Positions 25,642 to 35,681 of a stretch of 64,000 nt of DNA are shown here, in pieces (position 1 is the stretch's first letter; each line of letters opens with the position of its first letter). Source of the stretch: Syncephalis fuscata S228 (taxonomy: Eukaryota > Fungi > Zoopagomycota); NCBI GenBank assembly GCA_025786725.1, contig JAHLTZ010000034.1, positions 220,973 to 284,972 of the forward strand, written 5' to 3'. Below the pieces are notes generated by a model. That model had not been told where the DNA came from and did no database searches. It saw nothing but the letters and a program-made list of their open reading frames with translations. The translations under genes were made by a program, and so were the position numbers.

Positions 25642-25899
25642 TTATTTGGAAGGCCGAGGCGAGTCACCACGAAGCGTATACTGGCCCGTTGGATGTAGAC
25701 GAAGGTTGCGGTCGTTGCGTAGCTTACGTACAGACATGACAATGGCACCTATAGTACTAAGGTTAGCCAAAGAGCTACTATACAAGCCAACTGGCCGTTA
25801 GAATGTGTACTTGCCTGTGCAGGCACCGCCTAGAATCACCAAGAGCGGTGTCACTTCAACTGGTGCTCGTGGCAGCAAGTTACGGAATAGAGGACCCAT
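25642..25899 (-). CDS. NDUFA4/B12D-like small protein, paralog 2 (exons 25899-25815, 25748-25642; GC-AG intron)
   Basis: MGPLFRNLLPRAPVEVTPLLVILGGACTGAIVMSVRKLRNDRNLRLHPTGQYTLRGDSPRPSK*. The intron is at the same codon and phase as in paralog 1. Confidence 0.75.
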
Positions 25900-26451
25900 A
25901 GTGCAGCTGGTTTTGTAGTTGATTGAACCGATTATTGGCGAATGCAACAACAAAAAGATGTAATAATAGTGGTGGTAGTAGTACCGTAGTGATAATGATG
26001 AAACGAATAATGCTATGGCTGGTAACGAAGGATTAATTACTGATAGCTTAAATACTTGAAGATGAGACATGTTTCATGTCATACATCATAAGTTGTAATT
26101 CGGATTCATGCATTCTACGAAAACTATACTACAGATATTCCTGCGCTGCTCCGATGCATAACCGAAATACTAAATGGTGATGCTGCCGTTCTGGTGGCAT
26201 AAATCCGATAAAATGGACACAGCATGATTGCAGCAGTCCTAAAATGGTAACTGCGAAGTTGTTTGCATAATTATCCATGACAAAGATTATAGACACGCCA
26301 ATGAACACTACAGTGACTGTTTACTAGGCGGGAGAAGTGAGATGATTTGTAGTGATGGTTGTTCGCTGGGTGCTATATGATCTATGTAGTATATGGCATG
26401 GCAAGTTAAACTGTACTCAATTAAGATTAATAGTAATATATCCAATTTATT

Positions 26452-26700
26452 AACAATTTATTATCCAGTATGCATATATCTATGACATACATCATTCCCA
26501 TTTCATCCTACATCGCTATATATCATTACAACATACAATAATCATGCTCTACTCAAAACCGTTATTCTTTTGTCGTTAGCTCTACTTGCTGTAAATCGCA
26601 ACTCATTCCGTTCATTAGACTATATACACTGTAGACTTTGCACCCTTGTCTATACTTTGTCATTATATATTCATTATAACTGCTACTCACCTACTATTCA
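26452..26700. repeat. Degenerate fragment of the MITE family
   Basis: tttattatccagtatgcatata...atcattcccatt matches ~7992-8060, and ctcattccgttcattagactatatacactgta matches ~44819-44850. Boundaries are approximate. Confidence 0.5.
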
Positions 26701-27506
26701 CGGTATTACTGCAGGTAGCTACACGCTATCTAACAAGCTAGTGCCAGTGCAATAATAATGGCCATAGTCATACTCATCACTATACAGTACAGACTATATG
26801 CACTATGCTTGTTCCTTTTCCCTTATTTTACGCCCACTGCACTCTTTCTATTTCTTATTTACAACTACTTGCATCTATATTCTTTATTCATTACAATCCA
26901 CATACAAGTATAATGGTAAGTAGATCCACTACATGCACGTCACACTTGAGTCAGCCTTTCCTTTCTTTCATATCATATTGCTTGTTTGCTTTGTTTTATT
27001 ATTCCAGTGAATACCATTTTGTTGGCTATAACATACAGCATGTATGTATGCTAGTCATCTACAATATATGCTTCCTTGTTATTGTTTATGTTTATCGTAT
27101 AATGCGCTACATTGCGCTGCCACCTACTACAGCTACTAGATAACAATATGCATATGCTAGTGAATGGTAATTATATTATATTACTGCACATATATATATA
27201 TATTGACCACACTACTCATATATGCTTTTGCTGTTATTTGCCGACTTGTTAATATGTTTCTTTATTGTATTGTGCTGGTAATGATAATAGCTATATTGTT
27301 AGATTACATGCATGTACTATTCTTGTCATTGCATAACTATTCCTTTATACGTGCTATGCTTTATTTGTTGTTGCTTCTGTGTGTACATGTTTATTTTATG
27401 TATGATGCAATCTTGGGTGTGTATATGCGTAATCAAATGATAAAACAGCCACGGTTTTACGTAAAACAGAAATTATGAATGGCATGCAAAAAACTGCCTA
27501 TATTAC

Positions 27507-27625
27507 AACTACGTTCATTGCGCCTAGAAAGCACCGGATCCCGTCCGATCTCCGAAGTTAAGTTAGGCCGCGCTTCTGTAGTACTGCGGTGGGGGACCAC
27601 GCGGGAATGAGAAGTAATGTAGTTT
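27507..27625 (+). rRNA. 5S rRNA (dispersed copy)
   Basis: 119 nt. Helix I is AACTACGTT/AATGTAGTT. Contains GAAAGCACCGGATCCCGTCCGATCTCCGAAGTTAAG and GTAGTACTGCGGTGGGGGACCACGCGGGAA. Compensatory pairs GCTTCT/AGAAGT are retained. Confidence 0.95.
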
Positions 27626-27631
27626 CTATAA

Positions 27632-27706
27632 GCTCGCTTAGCTCAGTTGGTTTAGAGCGTGGTGCTAATAACGCCAAGGTCACAGGTTCGATCCCTGTAG
27701 TGAGCA
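27632..27706 (+). tRNA. tRNA-Ile (AAT)
   Basis: GCTCGCT TA GCTC AGTTGGTTTA GAGC G TGGTG CTAATAA CGCCA AGGTC ACAGG TTCGATC CCTGT AGTGAGC A, followed by TTTT. Confidence 0.97.
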
Positions 27707-28600
27707 TTTTGCTGCGTTTTCAAGTGTACTGACGCTTTTTTTGCTAAAACATTCATCTAGCTGTCTAGACGCACTGTATATTTATTTTTGCAAAGCTAGA
27801 ACGGCTAAAATAAAGCTAAACCCATATGGGAGGCTGTCAAAGTTGCGGTGTTTACGCAAACTGATGATTTTATTGAACAAATATATTAATATTGCACATT
27901 TGAACTGCAACTATTTTATTCAGTTCTATCGATTGTTTTACTGTTAGAGCGTATAGTCTATATATCAATTAGTTATTGAACGTAATAATCATAGCAATAA
28001 CAGTAATCATAATCGTAATAATAATAGTGGAAACAATGGTTTATTTTGTTATATTCTATATAATTATTTATGTAATAACAACACATGCATATTGATAATT
28101 CAATTATTGTACTAGGCGATTTAAATTGTTGGTTAATACTTATCAGTTTGATAGTTTGTATTTGTAACGATAACAATAACGTGTGTGTTGTTTTAAATAT
28201 AAAAATACTAACTTTACTACCCAAGTGTAATAATGAGATTATTTATTGGTACCCACATTGGTATTAGCCATTGTAGTATACAGTAATAAAATTGTGATTG
28301 TTATTAGTATGTTAGTTGGATATATATCATTAGTAGTAATGTATAATGAAATAATATTAATTCAATTCAACAAACATTGCACACATGTAATAGTCTAATA
28401 GCCACACTAGAAATAGGTGCATTTCTCTCTATTAAGCACGTATAAAATAAAAACGAGCAAAAGAAAAATGCAAGAATAACATGCGGCCCATCAAGGTATC
28501 AACATAGAAAAGCCAATCGAAAGAATAATGACCAGCAGCTGCCATCATCCGTGCAGCAGCGGCAACTACAGTAGTGATCTTGATTATTATTATTGTACGT

Positions 28601-29712
28601 CTAGTACACTTCTTCTCCGCCTTCTTCGCCTTCAGGTGCATCAAATCCTTCCTGTATACATAATAAATAAAAAGCGTTAAAACAGTTATGCTATTATATG
28701 TATTACAACATACCTCAGTGCTGTAAAGGATGTTTTGAATCTCTGTAAGCACTTGTGCATTGGGATTTTCAGCATCCTCAGTCATGACCTCTTGTACTAG
28801 AAGCTCAATATCACGTAGTTTTTGGAAGTAAAAGTCGCGCTCTTTTTCTAAACCATCTACACTTAAACGAACTTCGTTTAGCTGCCGTGTCAAGTCTTGT
28901 ACCAATGCAGCATTGTGATCTGCAGGGCTGGCCCGTCCCGATGCAGCTGAAAGACGGCCTGATCGACTTGCTACGCTAGGTGCACGTGCTCCGGCCGCTA
29001 GTTCGATTCATGTTAACCTTATACTAAATTACATAGTTTGTATATGCTTACCGGAAGGTCCACGTCGTGCAGGTCCGCGAGAACCACTGCTGCTACTGCT
29101 CAGTGGGCCATCACCCTTTCGTCGCTTAACAGCGTCGTAGTGGCCGCCAGGGAAGTGTCCATCCCAATAGCGCTTGATCCATTGTGTGAACTCAAGATTA
29201 TCCTGCATTTTGCACTTAACCAGTCTTTCAACTGGAATCATCTATTTACAGACAATTAGACTGTAATACATGTTTAGCTCGACTTGGCTTACCTTGTCTA
29301 TCTTGTTACGGTCAAATGCGGTCTGAAGTACCTTGTAGTTGGCGACATATTCGTAGTCGGCTTTAGCATTGAATTTGACCTTTGGCATTTGAACATTGCC
29401 GTAGATGGAGTCCAGGATCTGACAGTAGACAGCACCTAGATCAATGTTAGTAAGGCACAATTAATAAACGGAGCGTAAGCAGTAGCCGCTAGCTATGTTT
29501 GTAAAATGCCAGAGTAGATCTGCAGAGACGTCTCTAGCTGCATCGCTACTCAATCAGCGCGCTTAAGCCGACAGGCATTGAGCTGAGAAACAGCAATGAC
29601 GCGTCTATTTTTGGTATTTATACGTACCGGTGCCTAGCTGTTCAATCTTGGTATAATTGACTTGTAGTAACTCGTTGACCCAGGCCAACAACTCGTTTCG
29701 GCTTTCACCCAT
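28601..29712 (-). CDS. BIM1: Microtubule plus-end binding protein EB1/Bim1/Mal3, 5 exons
   Basis: CH domain ([40 protein letters not shown]...[26 protein letters not shown]), EBH domain ([16 protein letters not shown]) and acidic tail ending EEVY*. Confidence 0.97.
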
Positions 29713-31235
29713 GTTGAAGTATGCCGATGGCTTTTAATAATAGGCTTTTAACGAATAGAGCAATGTACACGAAAGTGCGCAAGTCAAAGACTAGTCGTGG
29801 GCAGTTAATAGTGAGGATGAGATGAGATGAAAGGAAATGAAAAGAATAGAAGGGCCGGACACGTGCACGCAGCTGCCAGATATCGGTCAAGGACGCAACA
29901 GGTGGTGGCTTAACGGCTATCGCTTCTCCATTTGTCGCGTGCAGCCTGTCTGCAGCCTTGCCATCATCGTTTTATCAATTAGCTAGACTATGAAGTCGAT
30001 GCTATCGTCTTTGGTACTATCAAGGCTGCGCTTATGATAGATTGCAGCGTTTACTACACGTCATTCTTGCGGTGAGCCAATTGCTGGCCAGTGTCTGAGA
30101 ACAATGATGCCTCAGCGTTCTGAGTTTTTAAATTACTTCTTTAATAAACAATACTCGTGCCAAAGCTATCTTAATCAATGCGTGGTGGATTTACGAACAA
30201 GTAAACTCTTGTACTGCGCTAAGTAAACAAAGTTAACACGCTGTGTATTGACAGATTCAAGCAAATATGGTTAATATTTAACGATTTACAGACTAATTTA
30301 TTAGCTGTTTAGTAATAGATGCGGTAGACAGCAAAGTATGTTATTATTGTAATAAAGCTGTTTAGTTCTTTATGTGTAAATACTAGTTAATAACAATTTG
30401 TTAATTGTTTATTAGACAGTCGACATAATGGCAAGTTAAAATAATTCATTTAGTAGCAATAACAACCTACTAAGTATTCAATTTATTATGACGATGGCAA
30501 AAGTATTCAAGTTGGTAGATTTTAATTAATTACAAAGCATTGTCAAAACAAAGTATATTGATTTGCTGATTCATAATAAACTAATATCTGAAATCTACGG
30601 TTTATAATTATGTTGTTAATATCGACTATTAGCTATTAAAATCTCTATGATTTGTTACTTCAAATGTAAATGCATTTTTATTTCGTGTATTTTATATAAT
30701 AAATCGGCTAGTTTATGCTTAAACAAATATAATTGGCAATGGATATACGTAAAATATTTACTATATTTTATTATGATACCTTATTGCTTGGTAGTGGTAG
30801 TAGTATTTATACGATAAGTATATATAATAGCCATCAAATTATATCTATTATTGCTAGTAATGTAGCTTTTTAAATTATTTTCACTTTAATAGCATTTTAT
30901 AGTTTCCAGGCATATGGAATGACAGTCTAGACTGCCTTTTATTTTCGCCTAACTAGCCTAGTTAAAGTCGTGTAAAAATAAAATAGTGGATGTGTTGCTG
31001 ATTTTGCATTACTTGCTGTACTAGCAATACATAGATAGGTTAAGAGGCATTAAAAGACTATTTGATGTTGCTGAGGCTATTAAAAATTGTGTAAATTAGC
31101 ACGCAAAATTATAATAGAGATAAAATAGATAAAATTTGCTACACAACTGTTGATTTTACTTAACAAATAGTAGATGTTATTTACAAGCGTAGACGCTGCA
31201 AAACTTAAAAAGATCGTGTATTCACGAAGCAAAAG

Positions 31236-31307
31236 AACGCTCGTCCAGATTTGAACTGGAAAACTGATTTCTTTCAGTGAAAAGGTTACGGTTTGCTTAC
31301 CGAGCGC
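31236..31307 (-). ncRNA. tRNA-like RNA / pseudo-tRNA with non-canonical D and anticodon arms
   Basis: Acceptor stem GCGCTCG/CGAGCGT, perfect T-arm TCCAG-TTCAAAT-CTGGA (B-box), middle arm ACTGA-AAGAAA-TCAGT with a 6-nt loop. TTTT lies downstream and a TATA-like tttatata ~25-30 nt upstream. Confidence 0.55.
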
Positions 31308-31978
31308 TGAAATATAGATTACTCATAGTGTATATAAAGGCATTTTTTGTGTAACCAAAAGGGTAAGTTGCATTCTATTCTGCCTTTGCAATTAGTATAC
31401 TTACCATTAGACAACTATATTATTTATTCTATCTATTCATCTATCACATTTGCCACCAAAAACTGGCATAGCTTTAATTAAGCGAATTTTTAATAACATA
31501 GCAATAACGATGCACTTAATATTACAGATATCGTTTATTTTCAAATACACAATGATAAATAAGACCATTTGCCAATTATTGATCCGTTTACTAATATATC
31601 GAGGTGCAAGCAGTACTTTTGATTTATGTTGTTTCCAAGTATGTTATTCAGTTTTATTAATAATATAAATACGCTTAATCTTATTCCGTTAACTATCCAA
31701 GTTTAATGCGGTATACATATTAGATCCAACAAAACATAGCTCTATGTTAATACACTGCAGTACTAGCTAAATTTAACCAATATATAGCTGATTACGACTG
31801 CTAACGATCGTTTGCTTTATTTCAATTACAAGCTATTAGTTATTGAGTAATTTGATCCAGCAACGCTTACTGCTTTTATTATAGTGATAAATCTTGGCAC
31901 TGGTGTAACCGAACAGCCACCCCATGACCACGTATTTTCTTGTCACTTATTTCATCCCTTATCTTTTTATTTCTCACC

Positions 31979-33472
31979 ATGGCTATTTCACTATTTGAGC
32001 ATTTTTTAACAATACTACCAAGTGCTGACAAAGACGGTTTTCTTAAACAACTAGGTGACGAGGATATACTTGAGCTATATTTCTCCAGCCACGCCACTAG
32101 GAACGCAGTAACACAATCAGATCAATACTGGCGTTGCCTTTACGGACACCATTTTCAATGGAGATATGCTGAAAATGAACTGCGATTTTTAATACAATAT
32201 CGTAATAAAGTATGGACTACTTACGGCCGACCTGATGGTTCAACTGTAGATGTACTTGAAGGCCGACTTGAGCATTGCGCATTTTTAGGCATGAATTGGC
32301 AATCCGCCTACCAATATCATATTGCGGTAGAAAAGAATTGGCGCAAAGGAGTGTATCAGCACTCGAACTACACGTCTTACTCAAACAAATACATCGAGTA
32401 CTCTTTAAACAATTCAATAGGAACTTCAAATGTATCGTCACGTTTTCGAAACTTACTAAATAATAGCTATTTAGTTTTTACTACAGATAAATCGTCCAGC
32501 CATAATATTAGTTCTAGAAACGATGATTTGCTACCATCTGCCGTTTCGTTGGATATAAATCAAATCCCACCCAAGCTAATATCCCCACAAATCAGTAATG
32601 ATTACTATGCTGTTGTGAAATACCAAGATGAGTTTTTTATTCAGCCTACATATACGACTAATCAATGGAGACTTCTTGCTCCACCAAGTTCCAATGAATC
32701 TTTAAACTTTTTATCACGATTGGATTTTGGCCGTTGGGCTATTCTTATGAAGAATGCATCACCAACTAATTTCTGGCTTGTCAATCTTGCTACTGGACAA
32801 CACTGTGAAATTACTACGGAAATACGCACGGCAAGATATGTAGAAACAGCTGATGAAAATGGCGTAGTATTTGGCAAATACTGTCAAGTCAACGGAAAGG
32901 ATCAATTGGCTTGGTCCTACTCCTACTACAAGATGACCGGAGGTGGATTAGAAGTCGAGACTGTGCGTTGTGGCACTTTCTTTCTTGAATCCAAAGCTGC
33001 ATTAATGAAAGTTGAGCGACTAGGACCTGGCTATGTTTACCTGAATTATGGACTTAACAATATCAACGTTGCTGCCATTTTCCCTAATAGCGAGTCCACT
33101 GATCAACAGGCCGTTCGCTATTTTGACGGCGGTAAATCAGCATATCGCATAAACCGTAAAGATGCCGTTGTTTTATTATATAGTAGTTATGCAGTTATAG
33201 AATTATCGAGCGGAAACATATTACAATACATAGAAAGCGATGTCAACTTTGACTTGCATCCTATCATAGGATCACTTTATTTGAGCAAGAAATATTCTAG
33301 CAGTCAGGATATAGTAGATATTTATGCCGGCAAGACCATAATGACATTGGACATTTCCAAGGACATTGCCGGAAATGTTTTTTGTTTATGTTCTACATTT
33401 TTTGCAAATATGGTCGACAAAACAGCCATTGTCGACATTTTCGATTTCTCAAATCCTGTGCGTATCAACTAA
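31979..33472 (+). CDS. Intronless protein with a degenerate N-terminal F-box-like region and a beta-rich C-terminal domain
   Basis: L.QL.DEDILEL...S...R.......YWRCLY..HF and NWQSAY.....EKNWRKG resemble the F-box plus linker of F-box/WD proteins. ORF of ~497 aa from the ATG at 31979. Confidence 0.6.
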   Translation: MAISLFEHFLTILPSADKDGFLKQLGDEDILELYFSSHATRNAVTQSDQYWRCLYGHHFQWRYAENELRFLIQYRNKVWTTYGRPDGSTVDVLEGRLEHCAFLGMNWQSAYQYHIAVEKNWRKGVYQHSNYTSYSNKYIEYSLNNSIGTSNVSSRFRNLLNNSYLVFTTDKSSSHNISSRNDDLLPSAVSLDINQIPPKLISPQISNDYYAVVKYQDEFFIQPTYTTNQWRLLAPPSSNESLNFLSRLDFGRWAILMKNASPTNFWLVNLATGQHCEITTEIRTARYVETADENGVVFGKYCQVNGKDQLAWSYSYYKMTGGGLEVETVRCGTFFLESKAALMKVERLGPGYVYLNYGLNNINVAAIFPNSESTDQQAVRYFDGGKSAYRINRKDAVVLLYSSYAVIELSSGNILQYIESDVNFDLHPIIGSLYLSKKYSSSQDIVDIYAGKTIMTLDISKDIAGNVFCLCSTFFANMVDKTAIVDIFDFSNPVRIN

Positions 33473-33609
33473 TTATAATAAAGCCAAGTGATATTTTATC
33501 ATATAACTGTAATAATAACAAATAACAACAATAATAAATATTAATAGCAATAAAGTAATAATAATAAAGTAATAAGTAAATATTTATTATGCCTCCAGTA
33601 GCTACTGTA

Positions 33610-34325
33610 CTTTGAGTTCCAAATTATTTACTTATTTCACGTTTTTTTCTTATTACTATCCTATTGTTTTATTCAGCAATATATTATATAATAATACCGA
33701 ATATAACATATAAATAGGATGTGTATTTGAACAGCAATAAAAAACACTATTCAATCACTAGTCTTTATTTCTTTTATTTACATTAACACCTGTTCAAGTA
33801 GTCTCAACGGCATGCCATATATTCTGGTTACAACTGTCGTCACAAGATCTTCCTGGCGAAGACACTCGAGCTATCATTATTGCATATGGTGGATGCCATT
33901 TGCTTTATCAATGGTCGGCAAATAAACTGCGCCTACCAATTTAATACCAAGTATACTCAAGAGAATGGCGAACATCAGAAACGCTAGTCTTTTTACCTTC
34001 TTGTCACCATAGACGAGCATATTACATTGCAAATATGCCCAAAATGCAACAGTAGAATATTAAAAGATAGAAAAGACCATTTAGATGCAATAATCCACAC
34101 TGTACGTAGTAACAGCAACAACAACTGCGGAACGATATGGGATTGCAATCAATGGCTTTTATTAATATTCTATCAATCTTTCTATACATGGCCAACAACA
34201 ACAATTGGCCTTGTGAATTGCAAAGTAATCAAATGAAAACATTATACTTGTGTTTGTTGTGCATAACAGTACGACTTGAATTGGAACGGATTTTGCCTTG
34301 AAGACTTCAAATGTGGGAGTCAAAG
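33610..34325 (+). mobile_element. TA-flanked TIR element carrying a decayed Fanzor (TnpB-like) C-terminal half, copy C
   Basis: TA|ctttgagttccaaatt ... aatgtgggagtcaaag|TA, an imperfect TIR (13/16). The frameshifted translation reads IIIAYG(D)A, SMVGK*TAPT, VTIDEHITLQICPKC, CGTIWDCN..MAFINI. Confidence 0.8.
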
Positions 34326-34391
34326 TAAAATAAAACTAGTTGAAACGAATTAAGTGTGTTTTATTATACTTTATCTTCATTTATTGGAATA

Positions 34392-34945
34392 ATGCAATCA
34401 CAAAAGACTACTGCTGCAATTGAGGAATCCGAGCCAATAGTCAAACTGAAGAGCAAGGTAAGCGGTGTTTCGCTGTATATACTCGACACTATAGTAATAC
34501 CGAGATAGCTTCAAGAGTTGGTTGTACTAGATGGCGAACTATGGACACTACCAAAAGACAGGGTAAACTCAACATAACAAGAGATAGTAAAACAGCCTAG
34601 TTATTTATTAAACATCGCTTTATTTTGTATTGTTGTTGCTATTATTCTTAATAGACAGTTTATGAACAACAATTTCCGGGAAAAGTATTATTTCGTGTAG
34701 CAAATCGTGATGCTATTGAAAAGCGTATTCGTGGTATGTATACCTACTACACTTGTGCGCTTTAGTTAACATGTCGATGCCAATTAGACGAACGACGTGA
34801 TATGCAGCATCAGTTAGAGAAAGAGCGCGCCTCGCTATTAGGCGATGCAACCATGGCCAATGCATTAGAAGACGAGCAAGAAGTACGGTCGGGTGGCATT
34901 CTCGGTGAGACAGTGACACGCCCTTTCGTTGGTAATTCTAAATAA
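34392..34945 (+). CDS. ASDURF-like beta-prefoldin subunit, 4 exons (34392-34457, 34509-34562, 34655-34733, 34788-34945)
   Basis: All splice phases are consistent. Product: MQSQKTTAAIEESEPIVKLKSKLQELVVLDGELWTLPKDRTVYEQQFPGKVLFRVANRDAIEKRIRDERRDMQHQLEKE... with the helix / VY.Q...LF beta-hairpin / helix pattern of beta-prefoldins. Confidence 0.72.
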
Positions 34946-35105
34946 ATGGCACGGATTCATTGTAATTCATTGTAAATTAATATTGCTACATTTGTAACGT
35001 CAAATATCTTTTAATCAAAGAGCAAAACAACAATTACGCTCAAGAATATAGCAAATGGCCAACTAGGCTATCCATCAATGATGTGCCAACCAATTCACAG
35101 AACAT

Positions 35106-35522
35106 CTAGCTAGTCTTCTGCTTCTTCTTGCCCGATCGAATCATCACCGAGGCTAGGAACGTGAATACGCCCGTTAAACCAACGAGTAGAAGCGCGACAG
35201 GGATTTTGATAGCATATTCATGGGCCGGGAAGAAGTCATGGAGTGGATGGCCGACGTCAACAAATGGCTAGCGTTGGCCAAATATCCATTCAGTTAGATT
35301 ACGTGTACTATGCCAATAGCCGTATATGTTGCTTGCTAATAGCACATAAACTTACCATCACGAGTGTCCATAGCGTGTAGTAGGAAAACACGGCGATGCT
35401 TATAAGCAAAAGTAGCCCGCCCACTGCTTTATCCTGTCCGGTAGCCTGATCAATTCTAACGCGTTAGTAAAAGAATATAAAATTATACTGCTTATGCCCA
35501 GCATCCCACGTCTACTTACCAT
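35106..35522 (-). CDS. DPM2: Dolichol-phosphate mannosyltransferase regulatory subunit 2, 3 exons (the first contributes only the ATG)
   Basis: M|ATGQDKAVGGLLLLISIAVFSYYTLWTLVM|PFVDVGHPLHDFFPAHEYAIKIPVALLLVGLTGVFTFLASVMIRSGKKKQKTS*. Confidence 0.93.
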
Positions 35523-35681
35523 ATGCCCAGTTCTGAAGTGTACAAAAGATTGCAGCAGTTGGTTGGTTTAAAAAGAACGAAATCAGAAAGTGTGGCAGTG
35601 ATGGCGGCCATCGTCATTTGTGGTGCCTTTTCTTCACGTTATCCACGTTGTAGTTCCAACAAGCTTTAAACTGTTGAAGCT

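Noticed and set aside
26570-28267. Several hydrophobic 60-110 aa ORFs
   Set aside because: AT-rich chance ORFs, partly over MITE relics, with no motifs or splice support.
30090-30125. ATGATG...CTGA resembling snoRNA C/D boxes
   Set aside because: The boxes are only ~12 nt apart, with no terminal stem or recognisable guide.
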